Source of the DNA: Lytechinus pictus
Lineage: Eukaryota
Direction of reading: 5' to 3'
DNA: 64,000 bases
Assembly (NCBI RefSeq): GCF_037042905.1
Contig: NC_087249.1
Span: forward strand, 39,556,001 to 39,620,000
The translations under genes and the position numbers were made by a program. Of the stretch, positions 35,947 to 49,157 are shown one piece after another; the first letter of the stretch is position 1; each line of letters starts with the position of its first letter. Below the pieces are notes generated by a model. The model was given only the letters and a program-made list of their open reading frames with translations, did no database searches and was not told the DNA's origin.

Positions 35947-38900
35947 TGTAACCCTAACCCTATATCTTAGACGAAAAAAAGCCCGGAGCAGTTGTCGCCG
36001 GGGCAAATGTCGTGTCACCAGTCTAAAATAATAATTGCAGACATAGCCACTTTAAAAATGACAGAATACTGAACAAAATAACACAGAGCAAATTGGAATA
36101 AAAAAAGAGAAAAAACGTTGGATGTTGTAGAGCAATTTGGCATACCTATAACAAATACTTTAAGAAGCATAACAAACATAGTGGTAGTCATATCCCGATG
36201 AAAGTTGAGGATGGGTTATGCATGCTATATGCAGTCGCACCAACGAAACGGACTCCAGACCGACCGATACTATATCATTGTTCATAACGTAATAGCTTTA
36301 ATTGGTCTCGCCGATGTGGCTTGAGAATTTGCCTAAAATGGCCACTTTTCAGGTTCTCCAAGGTGTTTTTAAGTACAGACAGACCCATTCAGCGTGTCTT
36401 CTTCGTCCACGTTAAAAGGCCACATTCGTATGAAAACGATAAAAAGGGTAGCTGTTGTGAATACGACGATCACTATACTACTCCCACATGGATTCGCTCG
36501 CCCTTTCAGGCTGGTTTTCTTCGCACACCAGCAGATCCCACCTCACGAGCTTTTCAGAGTCTGCATAGCAGACTAACATGGATGTAGTAATACTTAATTA
36601 ACCCAATTCTGTCTAGGTATATGTATAAATTATAATGAAGTCATTTAGTACCAGTTGTATTTCTGGCACTTGACGACAAATTGCTCAGGCATCTCTGATC
36701 ATTCTAACGAACCAACGATAGGCATTTACTGAATGTTATTATGCCATCGAATATTGCAGTGGAAGAAAAAAAATCACGTCTATGGATATTAGAACTCCTT
36801 TATACATTCCGTCTCTCCCTCCTCTCTCTCTCTCTCTCTCTCTGTCGCGCGCTTTCTACTATTTCTGACATTCTGTTATTTGTTTTTCGTTTTTCCAACT
36901 GTCTAAAAAAAAATGCTTGGGCGGCGGTCACGAAATCGCTTTGCACGGTTCTTGCTAATGCTTCACTCTCCTCTTGTGCTCGTTCACTAAATTTTCTCTT
37001 ATACAAAGTAAATGATATTTTATTAGCAAACAGAGCGCATAGCGACAACAAATAAGATAACTGGAAAGTACACGAATGTCATATTCTAAGGCGTGACAAT
37101 TTGCAACATTTTGTTATTCATCCGTGTCCTCTAGGTGAGTTTTGTATCGCTCAAAGTAAGCTCACGTCGGGGACAACTTATATCAATATAATTATCGGTT
37201 TCACGTTATATAGTAACGCAGACGGCACTTTAAGTGTATGAATAATGACGAACGACTGTTTGAAAGATGTGTTGAGAGTTAACACGGTAAAAGATAATGT
37301 ATTTCTTCATGATATATATATCAGTGTGAAAAAATTGTGAATTGGGAGTCTCTTTTTGTGGCTGATGCAAACGGAAGTAGATAAACTTTAAACTATAAGT
37401 GCTAAATTCAACACTTTTAGAGCCTTTATAGTGATTTCAATTTGGGGTGCTGATTTTCAGCACCCCAAAACAGCACTTTACATGCTATATTAGTTACATG
37501 GTGCTGTTTTACCAAAAGAACAGCGGAAAATTAACACCCTATGTAAAATATATTATACGAACTCCGTTGGTGCTAAATTTAGCACTTTATTTTTAGACTG
37601 TTCATCTATTCCTCCCATTTCGGTATCACTAAAGTCTAAAGGCATTTATAAATGATTTATTACTATAAAATACCGGGTAATTTCATTGACATAAAATTGC
37701 CCCGAATTGCATGATGAAAAGGGGTAACATGCCTTTAAAACGCAACAGTTTCTTATAAATCATAATGTTTAGGATTCTTCTACAATTTTTTAAAACATGA
37801 TAACTGATAAGAATGAATGTGAAATCTTCAAATTATTTAAAAGCTCTCTGAAATGAGACGACAACATACTTACTTTTTCATCATAGTTATTTATGTGTAA
37901 AATTTTATTCTATTAAATGTTTATGGTATGTAATATTTGCTTTAAGATGGGCACTGGTGTCAATATGTTGTGAAAAGATATTTTCTCCTTATTTTGAGCT
38001 GTCTCTTTGGGTTTGCCTCTATATCAAAAAGATACAGCGTGTTCTAAAAGCCGAAGTGTCAGAGGTATCACAGCGTCATATGGTGATTATTTGAACAATA
38101 ATATTGACTGAGAAATGAATCCTACCCCGGATCCTACCTTAAACTGTAATTGAACTCGCTTTCGATAAACATACTAAAAGGAAAAGAGCATTGTATCGTA
38201 ATTCAATTTACGAGCAGAGCAAGATATGTTAGGCCGTTATGACTAATTCGTATCCGTCTTTCTTCAAAGTATCCATCAATTAGGAACGAAGATGACGGCT
38301 GGCACTAACCACGGATACGCCTCAGCGGTTGCTAGGCAACGGGAAGGCATCATTGTCGAGGATGTATAATCCGCAATCATTACGGAGATGGAGAATGGGA
38401 TAACATTCTGATTGCATCGTTAAGACGTCGAATAGCTCATGAAGTGCGTTGTCGGGATTAATACACTTCAGATCACACTTTCAAAAAACAAATCGAGAAG
38501 GGTATTGACGATCTCACGTTTCTGTATGTTATGTTGGTTTACTCCTAAAAACATTGAAAAAATATCCTCTCTTTGCCTTCTATAATTATCAATTTCTTCT
38601 TCTTCTTCTTCTTCTTCTTCTTCCATTCTTTAGGGCCAGTATGATTGCACTCATCCAGCAAATGCTAATACCACAAGTCTAAAATATTCACGTACAGCAA
38701 AATATGAATCTCCAGTTTCTTACTTATTCCCTGTTTATTTTTTTTCCTTCAAATTAACAGTATAATTTGAGAGCAACATCTTTATTCATGCTCGCACGGC
38801 TTGTTCGGTAAATATTGCTAAGCCCTTATTGAATGAAACACAATCATTTCATACATTTTTCTTTCTTCCTTTTTAAATCTAGATTACAAAAAGCTGAACG

Positions 38901-39398
38901 ACAAAGCGTGCAAAAACACTTCTCAATACAACTTTTCCTGCCGTTGGTCCTCTCAAGAAGCAAGGTAATTCGCACAACACCACTTTCACCTCAGTTTAAT
39001 GTAAACACTTTTCTGCTTACGAATGTCAAGTAGATTGGTCTGAGAGCATAATGGACCTCTTCCCCTCTTCTTCTCTATCCCTTACTGGTTTGCAAATGCC
39101 AAAGTCATTACACGTCTTCCCTCTTTCCCGTTTTCTCCATCCCACCCACTCTCTACACATCTCAACCGGCCTCTCTCCCTCCTCTCCCTCTCTTTCTCTT
39201 TCACTCTATCTCCCTCGCTATCTCTCTATTTACCATGCATGTTTACCCCACCTCTCTCACTTCCTCCTTTTTATTCTTCATTTCATCATATATATGTATT
39301 GCCCTCACTATCATGACCATATACGCTTTCGCTTTTGTAGTTCTATCTCAGTTAATGTCATTTCTTTATTTACCCAAGCCCGCCTTCTCGTTCATTCA

Positions 39399-39429
<31 letters not shown>

Positions 39430-40390
39430 TAAATGAATGAAAATCAATGTGGAACACTAGCCAATGATTCAAGTAACACAATTTCGACTCATCCACCGGC
39501 ATCATAATGTTGAAAGCGGTGCAGTTTTTTAATTTCTTCTTTTTTATAAACCCTTTAGAGTCAGCTCCTGGACGGTGTGTTTCCGAAATACCTCGAAACT
39601 GTTGACATTGCTAAATTTCCACTAAAGAATAACAGATTTCCGCTCTTTTAGAGAACATCATGAAATGCATAATTTAAGAGGTAGAGACCTAAAAGCCAAG
39701 TCAGAGCCGGTCATCAGGCGAGAAATAACAAACCATCTATTGGCAAGAAGTAGAACTCGGATAAAAGGTGTGGGCTGAGGGGACTTCAGTCACCCTTCCC
39801 CCCTCACACACCCTAACACACACACACACGCATACACTTTTTCACAAAACATGTACAAAACTTAAAATATAATCACAACCAGATACGTTACTTTGAAAAT
39901 GTAATGACAGGCAAAGGGGAGGGGTCGGTCAAACAGAATGTTTACAGTTGAGCACTAATCAACGTTCCCTAGATCCTATAAATTAAGCCTTCTATATCTT
40001 TTCTTGACCTTTCCTTTTTGACAGTTCTGTGACATCAATTCTCTTTTATGTTTCTCCTTCATAAATGTTTACGTGGTTTAGAGTCAGTGCATTTATTGTA
40101 ATGAAAAAAAAAAAAATCGGATATTTCGGGCATAATGTATATTTTTTTACATTTTAGGAGCATACTACAATGGAGCCAAGTCCGATCTGTTTCGGGTTCA
40201 GTTTACAACTTAAGAAAATGCTGATGCTTACTGATATATTGGGTTTTATAAAGAAATAACTTCTGTGATTGTTGATATCACAGTTACACCGTTGAAACCG
40301 ACCCCAGAACTGATTAAATATATTACGTTTATTTCCAATGGCATACCTTCGGTCGGTTTGGAGTCGGTTTCGTTGGTGCGACCAGATTCA

Positions 40391-40532
40391 GGGGAACGTT
40401 TCATCAACATTTTTTCGTCCGACAAGTTGTCATATCTGACAACTTTCCATGATTTTGATTGGCTGAGAAGCACAGTTACTATGGTAACTGTCGGGTAAAA
40501 TGTCCACCAAGTCCTCTCTTGAAATGGTGCCG
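40391..40532 (-). mobile_element. MITE carrying X-box-like and CCAAT motifs; inverted second copy at 40922-41380
   Basis: Reverse complement matches 40922-41040 plus 41351-41380. Further relatives at ~12512-12663 and ~4644-4745. Confidence 0.7.
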
Positions 40533-41049
40533 AGATTTCTAACAAAGTAGCCGGTACTTTTTAGACGATTCTATGATATAATTATTTCCCAGGAAAGGTC
40601 TGCACATTAAACCAGATATAAAACATTATCTTACTCCTGACCTTGACTAAGTGGTGTAATGAGCATGATTTTGAAGGTGGCTATAGACATGGCATATGAT
40701 GCGAAATCTCTAGAAAAAAATGCTACGAAGCCAAGCATGCGAGCTAAAGATTTTGACCTTTTTAATGCTAAAATCTTCTTCATGATAAACCTGACATAAC
40801 ATTCAGAAAATTATATATTACCTTCCTTCTCCTATCATTTTGATTTCTTTCCTTTTTTTGGGGGGGGGTGGTCTTGAAACTTTTGATTGTCCATGCCTCC
40901 CACCAACCCCCACCCTCAATCGGGGAGCATTTTCATGAAAGGACTTTATCAGACGTTTGTCGACAAATAATGTTTTATCCAACTTACAGTTACCGTAGCA
41001 ACAGTGCTTCTGAGCCAATCAAAATCAAGGAAAGTTGTCAAATTCTATT

Positions 41050-41350
41050 ACCGTTGTGTTGAGTCAGTTGGAAGAGCGTCCGTCTCACAACCGGGAGGTC
41101 GGGAGTTCAAACCCCGGCCGCGTCAGACCAAAAAGACGTTAAAAGATGGGAGTTGCTGCTACCCTGTTTGGCGTTCAACAATACAAGGGATGAGCCTCGT
41201 CGATCTGGCCCTGCGCAGCGGCTGCCGGGCCCACGATCAATTGGGCAAAGTAATTTTTTCGGAGTATTTCCTTTCATGTCTACTTTGAACAATAAAATAT
41301 GGATTTACGATTTTTTACGATTTACGTTTTTACGGATTTACGATTTACGA
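41050..41350 (+). mobile_element. tRNA-derived SINE (Meta-domain-like core) inserted into a MITE
   Basis: A-box-like TGAGTCAGTTGG and B box GAGTTCAAACC. Core ACCAAAAAGACGTTAAAAGATGGGAGTTGCTGCTACCCTGTTTGGCGTTCAACA. (GATTTAC)n tail. Superfamily assignment from recall. Confidence 0.75.
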
Positions 41351-42397
41351 GATCCGACAACTTGCCGGACAAAATTATGACAGGCGACGATTTATCTCTA
41401 GAATGTGACACATTTATGCTCAAGAAGATACTCATCGCCCCAAAGTGGACATATGATAAAAAAGAATTTGGAAATTGATAAAAGACTGATTACTTATTTG
41501 TTAACAGAGAGAAATTGGACCTTGATCATTAATACTCTACGTAATAAACGGGTCACGATCAAAAGAAATTAATAATGCCTCTCTCTTTTCGATCGAGTTG
41601 TAATTTCCCTTTCTATAAATTCCGCCTCGATTGATCTTCGTGGAGACAATATCAAAATTGGCTCCTTCTAACAATCAATTATTAAAGGCTGCGAAAATCA
41701 TTAAAATGTCATGAAATCTAATATGTTGAACGTAAAGACTTATCAAAAGCACAGCAGCGGAGCACTTAAGAGGCAGTCATATATCACCATGATCTCATAG
41801 AGGTATCTACGGAGGGGGCGCCCTACAGATTGAGGAGGAAATGAGGAGGTAAGTTGGAACCCTGTGGAACAACAAGCTCAATTCCGAAAGTAAATAAGAT
41901 TAAATTATTCGGGGTAGTTAAAAAGCTTCAAGCCTTCGACTGAGTATTTTAGGAAAAAAGGAGAGCATTTTCAAAGTAGTGCCTCATAATATACGTATCA
42001 AAGCTAAGAAGAAAAATAAATTTGCTTAAAAAAATCTCCTAAAGTGCTGCTGACACACTATTTTTACAGATTCATTTGAAAGCTCTGTACCCCCCCCCCC
42101 CCCGGCGGATCCAGGAATTTTCGAAAGGGGGGGGGCACATTTTACAAGCAAAAAAAGGGGTTTTAACAAAAAATTAAGGGTATTTCGCGCATGAAAAAAA
42201 TGACAAGCAAAAAAAAAGGTCTTCACTTTCAGGGGGGGGGGGCACACTTCTGATTTTACGGCATGTTTATATAACAAACTTTAATTGTGCCCCCACCCCT
42301 GTTTACAGTGAATGCTGTGACTGGCTTGAACGACTTTTGTTTTTAATATCTAAACAAATATACGGTATAATTCATTACCCAACAACACCTTCGTTCT

Positions 42398-42472
42398 TAA
42401 TAATAATAATACTAATAAAGGTATATTTACCCAGGGTTCAGTTCCGAAAACTGTTCTCCCAGCGGGCCCTGC
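42398..42472 (-). mobile_element. Isolated SINE/LINE 3' tail
   Basis: Reverse complement GCAGGGCCCGCTGGGAGAACAGTTTTCGGAACTGAA...(TTA)n matches 61159-61240. Confidence 0.7.
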
Positions 42473-43664
42473 TATTTTTACCCGTTGACCGTTATCTTGA
42501 CCGAATACAAGTGCGTGGATTTGTTGTTTGGTATTTCAAGAAGAAATACGAAGTGTGCTTGAAAGTTTTACATTCCTCTTACGCTCTATCTAATAGGGGC
42601 AAGGGTCTATGTGCCCCAGGCATAATTAAAGTGACGATGAAAGGAGAGTTACGCTAGGGTACTCTTTGGTAAGGGAGTTAGAATTTTTTTTTAATTTTTT
42701 TTTTAAAGGGAGTTAGAAATTTCAGGGACGACTTTACCCATCTGAATTTTTTAAAGTAATCAACCTTTTTAAAACGGAGGGGAAAGAGGCGGGAAAAAGG
42801 AGAAAAAAGGGAAGGAAATGGGATAAATATTTAGATTCTTGGTCGTTTAACTCTTTGCCCTTTCACAAAGAAATACTAAGGATTATTTTTATATGATACT
42901 TTTTTTATTCGGTATTCATTATGATAACTCTTCATTAACTGCGACAAAGTAACATAGATTTGATTGTACATCAGAAGAATAAATTGGAATTCATCTTGAT
43001 ATCATCCGAAAACATATTGCACCATGCGAATATGAAGACTGTTTTATTAGCACTCATCATATATAAAAGAAAATTGATTGATAATAGGTACGTTATAGGC
43101 AACTGGGAAATGCATTTGAAGGATTCATAGTTCCGAATTTGCAATTAATTCATGAAGGGATGTAATATATCTATAGTTTTCTTCATTTTGGTAAGAAAAA
43201 TATGATTTATCTAGGGTATGTAGTCTGTAGGGTACTGCATCAACATATTTATGTAAATGATAAATTCAAATGACTTCAAGGCACTCGTAGTCACTTGGAA
43301 GTATGGACATAATCCATTTCTGTCAGCAGGAAATCTAATTCTTGTCTATTACTTCGGGGTTATAATTTGCAGGAAAATCCCTCAATCCCCATATTTTGCC
43401 TGAGATTCTCTAAATTAATAATAAATTCCGATTTTACTCGTGTACTTCAGATTATATTCCATCAAACTTCCCAAGATTACGCGTCACGTGTATCGGAGTG
43501 AGCGGATATTAACTTCAATTTTAGAAATATGTATTTTTGAAGGATATTATAACTTATCATCTAGGTATTGCAATTATGCTAAGCAAAGCTGCAACAAGCA
43601 AAGGAGAATGCTTTGCCACAGACAGGAAAATGATACGAACATGGTTAGATTTTACATTGATAAT

Positions 43665-43960
43665 GTGGGCGTCATGATATAGTGGTTAAGACTCCCATTT
43701 TTCAATCTTGAGGACGTGGATTCGATACCCAACCACGGCGTGTTTTTCTTCAGCAAAAATAAATAAATAAATAAAAATAACCACATTGTGCTGCACTCAA
43801 CCCAGGAGAGATAAATGGATACCGGCTGGAAGTAATTCCTCAAAAAGCTGTGAGCACCAGAAGTGGTAGACTATCTTAGCCCGGGGTAATAGAGGAGCGC
43901 CTTGAGCACCTAACAAGGTGGATAAGTGTGTTATACAAATCCTGGATACATTATTCATAA
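43665..43960 (+). mobile_element. tRNA-derived CORE-like SINE with L2-type tail
   Basis: TGATATAGTGG A box and GGATTCGATACC B box. Core CTTCAGCAA...CCACATTGTGCTGCACTCAACCCAGG...AAATGG. Tail GCGCCTTGAGCACCT...TGGATA...TACAAAT. Confidence 0.8.
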
Positions 43961-45207
43961 TCACTTAATGTAAATGAGATGTTTGGAAATGATATTGTTT
44001 TATGAAGAAATATATTTGGAAAAAAATAAAAGGACGTCCACTAAATGATAACGTATCTCATTAGAATTTGTATAACAGTCAGCGAAGGGTGAAATTACAA
44101 AATACGGGAAGCGGAATATAGGCGAGGACAAAGAGATGCGAAAGAGGAGGAGAGGCAGAGGAGAGGTAGGCAAACGGAAACAAATGAATAGAGAGAATGG
44201 GAGACAAAGACAGACATGACAGAGGAGGGTTAGAGCATTAGAGAAGAGAAGGGGAACGAGAAATAAATAAAGAGAAAATGATGGAGAGACAGATTAATAG
44301 GTGCAAGTGTGTGTGGGGTGATGGATTGTGCGTGTGAATATGTATGTGAGTGAGTGTATGACAGAGAGAGAAGGGGGGGGGGGAGTGGAAGGAGCAGACA
44401 GGACACGTATTCATATCCTTAACTGCCGTACTTCAAAAATGGTAAAAATATCGGGGCAAAGCATTGTGTGTGTGAAAAAACTGGAGAAAAAAAATGCGAG
44501 CTAGAGAAAATGTTTTTTTTTCTTTTGATAAAAAAAATAAGTGAAATATTTTGCTAGTCTAGTGACAAATGATATCATATTTCACCCCTTTTCTTCTTTT
44601 TTTTTCATTTTTTTTCTGTCTTAGTCGTGGAGATTTTGGTGGCAAAAATGACCCTCAAGCGCCCCCATCTCTGCGCCTGTGCCTTCTTGGGGGAAATGTC
44701 ACATATACGTAAATGAAGACAGGGAATGTGGAAGGCTGAATGTGCGATCTTCTCGTACCTTCTGTCACAAAGCACACGGTTATTGGAAGGTCATTTTCAT
44801 GACACTCGACTGACGAGGCGCACGAACATTAAATTTTCTTGTTCCGCTTCTTTCAGGTGTAAATGCATCGGTATTTGAGAAGTCGCGGCACCAGAGGACA
44901 AGGGAAGCATGCGCACCCTTTAGTTACCACCGCTGCATCAACCATGCCCACCGGAATTTAACAAATCTGAAGAAACAAAATTTGTATTACTAGTATTGGT
45001 AGTAAATAAATGTCATAAGCATCATATTCAAGCGGTAAAGTGCTCTTTATACAAATTCTTACTGTTCAGAATTTAAAAATACTCTCGATTTTTCCCCTCA
45101 TGGTAGGTTAGCTCCCTTGCATTTTATTTTGTCCACTCCAGTGACTAAAGCTCACGCTTCGCGCTTAATTTTAAGCGTATGCGGTCGATTTGTATTGTCC
45201 GCTCCTG

Positions 45208-45643
45208 CGTGTTTACACGCTGCATCGGCTCGCGGTTCAGAACCGCGAGCCGATGCAGAATCGGCTTTTTGTTGCGTGTAAACGCGGTTAACTTGCATCG
45301 GCTCTCGGTTCAGAATCGGCAATTTCGCACCACCAAAGTAGTTCAGAACCGCGAGCCGATGCAGAATCGGCTTTTTTACTACGTGTAAACAGAAAGCCGA
45401 TTCTGCAATTGGCGCGCATTTCATTAACTTTACCACTATGACGTACTTCTAAGCGCACGGATCCAGCGTTGTCTTTTATTATGACGTATATTGTTGGTGC
45501 GCGTATCATTTCAGGTTTTTGCCACTCGAGCCGATTCTGCACCGCGAGCTGTGACAGCGTGTAAACGCGGTGCAAGATAAACCAAAAGCCGATTCTGCAT
45601 CGGCTTTTGGTTCTGAACCAAAAAGCCGATCACATGTAAACAC
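45208..45643. mobile_element. Palindrome-rich MITE (Harbinger-like GTTTACAC/GTAAAC ends)
   Basis: Ends CGTGTTTACA / TGTAAACACG. Perfect 19-1-19 palindrome at 45220-45258. Repeated GCCGATGCAGAATCGGC units in both orientations. Confidence 0.75.
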
Positions 45644-47511
45644 GGTATTGTATCCCTCCACTTAGACCCTAATTTCAAATTACTGGAGACGCCACTTTAT
45701 TTGAACATTTCCTTCTTAGATCAGTCTTGTTTATTGAGATGTACGTCTCTCCAAAGTCCATGCTGTCAGCATGGTGTCCATGAAACACGAGCAACAAAAA
45801 TCCATGTTCGCTTACGTCTGAAATATGAAGCCACTCAACGAAAAGTCTCCCCCCCCCCCTCTCCCTCTCTCCCTCCTTCTCCCTCTCCCTCTACTCCCCT
45901 CTCCCTTTCTCTATCTCACACAGACACCTACTCACTCACTTTTCTCTTCCTTTTTCTCTCTCTCCCTTCCTCGCTTTCCTTCCTTTCTGCTTATTTTTGG
46001 ATACCTTTCTTAGACAGAAATGCATAGAAATTAATTCTACACTTCCTCTCGGGATAACGAGAGCATCTATATTGATCAAAATGTACAAACTCATCAGAAA
46101 CTCAGCAGGAAATACTCACAAACTAAGCAATTATTGATATAATGAATGTATGACTTTATATTGTGAAAAATAAATCATATTCATATCTACTGGGTGTCAC
46201 ACCAATAATTATTTGCATGTTTTTCTATAAGGTCATGAAGTTGCTACGTGTATATGTAATTGCTTTTGTCTAGCTCGTTGTTTATTTGCATGCCTATGTA
46301 CAATTTATTAGGTGGTCTTTCGTAAACAGATCACCTCCAGGTATGATTGTCAGTATTCCCTTTTTTATTATTTTTAGCATCATTTCTTTGAGCATGAAAA
46401 ATGTAAAATTCCGTCACGTCAATTTCCTTGAATTTTAAGTCTATCATGGACGGACATGACGTGCGAAATTCGTCAAAGTCAACAGGCTGTCATAATGTCA
46501 TCCAGGCGCCATTTTTGTATGATAAAATCGATCAATCATATCATCATAAGTTATTTATGTTAACTTCGACGTCAATGTATGTCCTGCAGTGATGTAGATG
46601 GCATGACCCACACTCATGCATGCTTCAAAATAACAAAAATGCACAAAATCAACTCAGAATCAAACCAGACTACGGCTTAGGTTATTTTTAGCGCTTCGAA
46701 TATTTTAGCGCACAGTTCGTCTTCACGAAGAATCAAAAGTCTAATCTAGCCAATTAAGACTAAAATGTATTATTTTAGAAAAAAAATACTTTGATCCTTG
46801 AAAACCCATCTAGACTTGATGGCAATAGGTGGACTGAGCTAGTTGATTACCACTATCATAATCAATATTGAGACGAAAAGGAATATGGGATCCCAGTCAC
46901 GTGGTTCGACAGACACGGTAACTAGTTGGATCAATAACTGCAAGAACGTATTTATTACATTAGTTTGTTATAATTTCAAGACTGCGATCAGCTTCTTGGC
47001 AAGAAACAAGACCTGAAATCTGGCAATAACTTCACTTTGTCTATTTTTAGCATGTTTAACCATTCATTACACGAATAGGTATACAGCCGATTTAGGAATA
47101 TTGTGAGAAAAAAATCAACATACAAAATGTTAGTGGCAAGTTGGTAAGTATCTCAAATCTTTGAATTATCTTGAAAGCACATCACATCTACAAAAAAAAA
47201 TATTCAGGACGCATTAAGTGGAATAATATAAACATTGACAATGGAATTTTAGCATCTGGCATTTAGGCAAGATTTCGATACGGATTTAGTATCTGACTGA
47301 TTACCACGTACTCGTAACATACTTGAAAAAAATGCGAATAATTTGAATGATGAATTCAGTGTGAAATAAACTTCATTTTCATACATTGAATAATTTATTT
47401 TTCTTTGATCGAAATCAGACGCGCATGTCTCTGTCTGTCTGTCTCTCTCTCTTCACTTGCTACATATCTCATCTCCCTCTTGGATATAATATACATAATG
47501 TATGTACGGTA

Positions 47512-47544
<33 letters not shown>

Positions 47545-47906
47545 TACCCACTTGAAAAAGAGGATTTAAATCAATCGAGAGAGGAAAGCAGAAACTTTCT
47601 TGTAATCTGTATCCTGGTTTACTTTTGCCGTCGAAAACCAGCATTTGTGTCGCTTGGACAAGTAGGAAGTAAAAGATAAAAGCTAATTGCCTGGAAGTCA
47701 TTCGCGTGGGATGTTTCTCCGGAGAATCGAATGTCTGTCGATAATAAAATGGAATAAAATGTCCCGTTTTCTTCACGTAGGTATATATAGGCCAATCGAT
47801 GTCGTTATTTTCAAATCGTAAAAGAACGATAGACGTAAATAACCAATGAAAAATGAAAAGAACTCATGGGCATGATGGCTAAGGTGGAGGATTCATAGGC
47901 CCTGTA

Positions 47907-48136
47907 CACTGCAAAAACTACGGTGTTGATTAACACCAGTCCGGAATCCACACCAGAGAAGTATTGAAACAACACCTGTTTGGAATCAAACCGATGCTGT
48001 TTTGATACTAATTGGTGTTGTATAAACACCTATCTGGTATTAGACCAAAACGAAACTGGTACTGTTTAACACTTATCTGGTGTGGATTATATAGATTCCG
48101 GGCCGGTGTTAAATCAACACCAGAGTTTTTGCAGTG
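47907..48136. mobile_element. 230-bp CACT...AGTG MITE with ~43-bp TIRs and TA flanks
   Basis: CACTGCAAAAACTACGGTGTTGATTAACACCAGTCCGGAATC versus reverse complement of the right end CACTGCAAAAACTCTGGTGTTGATTTAACACCGGCCCGGAATC. Confidence 0.85.
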
Positions 48137-49028
48137 TACTCTTCGCAGAAAGCAGTTTGTCAGTAGACTTTATTTTTAGTGAAATTAATGTTACTGTTCT
48201 CATATTTTGAAACATCTGGAGCCCGTATCGTAAGACTTGTTACAAAAACAAAATCAATTTGCAATAACAGTTAAAAGCTACTGAAATCATTCAATCTGAT
48301 TGGCTGATAGTAAACTTGTCATAGAAATGGTGAATTTTTAATTATAACAAGTCTTTATGGAACGGGAGCCTGAACATAGGAGTCCCGGGGGGGGGGCGTC
48401 GCATAAAGAGTTGTGTTTAAACGCAAAATAATAATAATAATAAAATCAATCGCAAATGCCTAATTAGTTTAATGTCAAGTTGCGTCTGATTACTAGAGTT
48501 AGTTTAATTGCATTTCTTTCTGCAATTGAATTGTAAGTGTTAGCTGTATGATTTTCTTGCTTTGATTTTTTTCTACAGACCATGTAGACAAACAAATGTT
48601 ATAAAGCATACATACGTTGAATATAAATCAACTTTGAAATTATATAATTACGTAATAAATATATGTATATTTCTACGTGCATTTTACACTCTCATCAGAA
48701 AGGCCTATACATTCAAGATATTATTAAACTTCATACATTGGCATTTTAAATAATTATATTAATCTATATGATCTAATTCACGAGGATTTGATACATTACT
48801 TCTAGACCTCGAATTATTTTTTTATGATCAAATCAATATGATTTCAACGTATACGTGGATATGATGATCGATAGTGTAGATTAAACCCCCTATATTTGAT
48901 GCTAATATTATGACAAACTACATTCATCACTTAGTTTAAATAGTTTCGACTATGCAGCAATACATTAAAGGCATGCTTTTACCTTTAGATCGTGGCAGAC
49001 TTGGATGGGATACCTAACCTGTTGTCTG

Positions 49029-49157
49029 GGGCCCGAAACACAAAACTTAGCAATGATCGTAGAACATTTTTCTACGATTGATTGAATTGACTACAATGTA
49101 AGATTAATCGTGAAAATCAAGCGTACGATCAATCGCAAACCTTTGTGTTACGGGACC
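49029..49157. mobile_element. ~130-bp MITE with CTG TSD; copies at 7212-7305 (partial), 25160-25318 and 54905-55032
   Basis: CTG|GGGCCCGAAACACAAAA...TTTGTGTTACGGGACC|CTG. 7212-7305 is nearly identical to its left part. Confidence 0.8.

Noticed and set aside
35734-35962. Interstitial telomeric repeats (CCCTAA)
   Set aside because: Only a few degenerate units inside a dispersed repeat.
44884-44905. REST/NRSE-like motif GCACCAGAGGACA (also ~38302-38320)
   Set aside because: Wrong half-site spacing and mismatches. Not distinguishable from chance.
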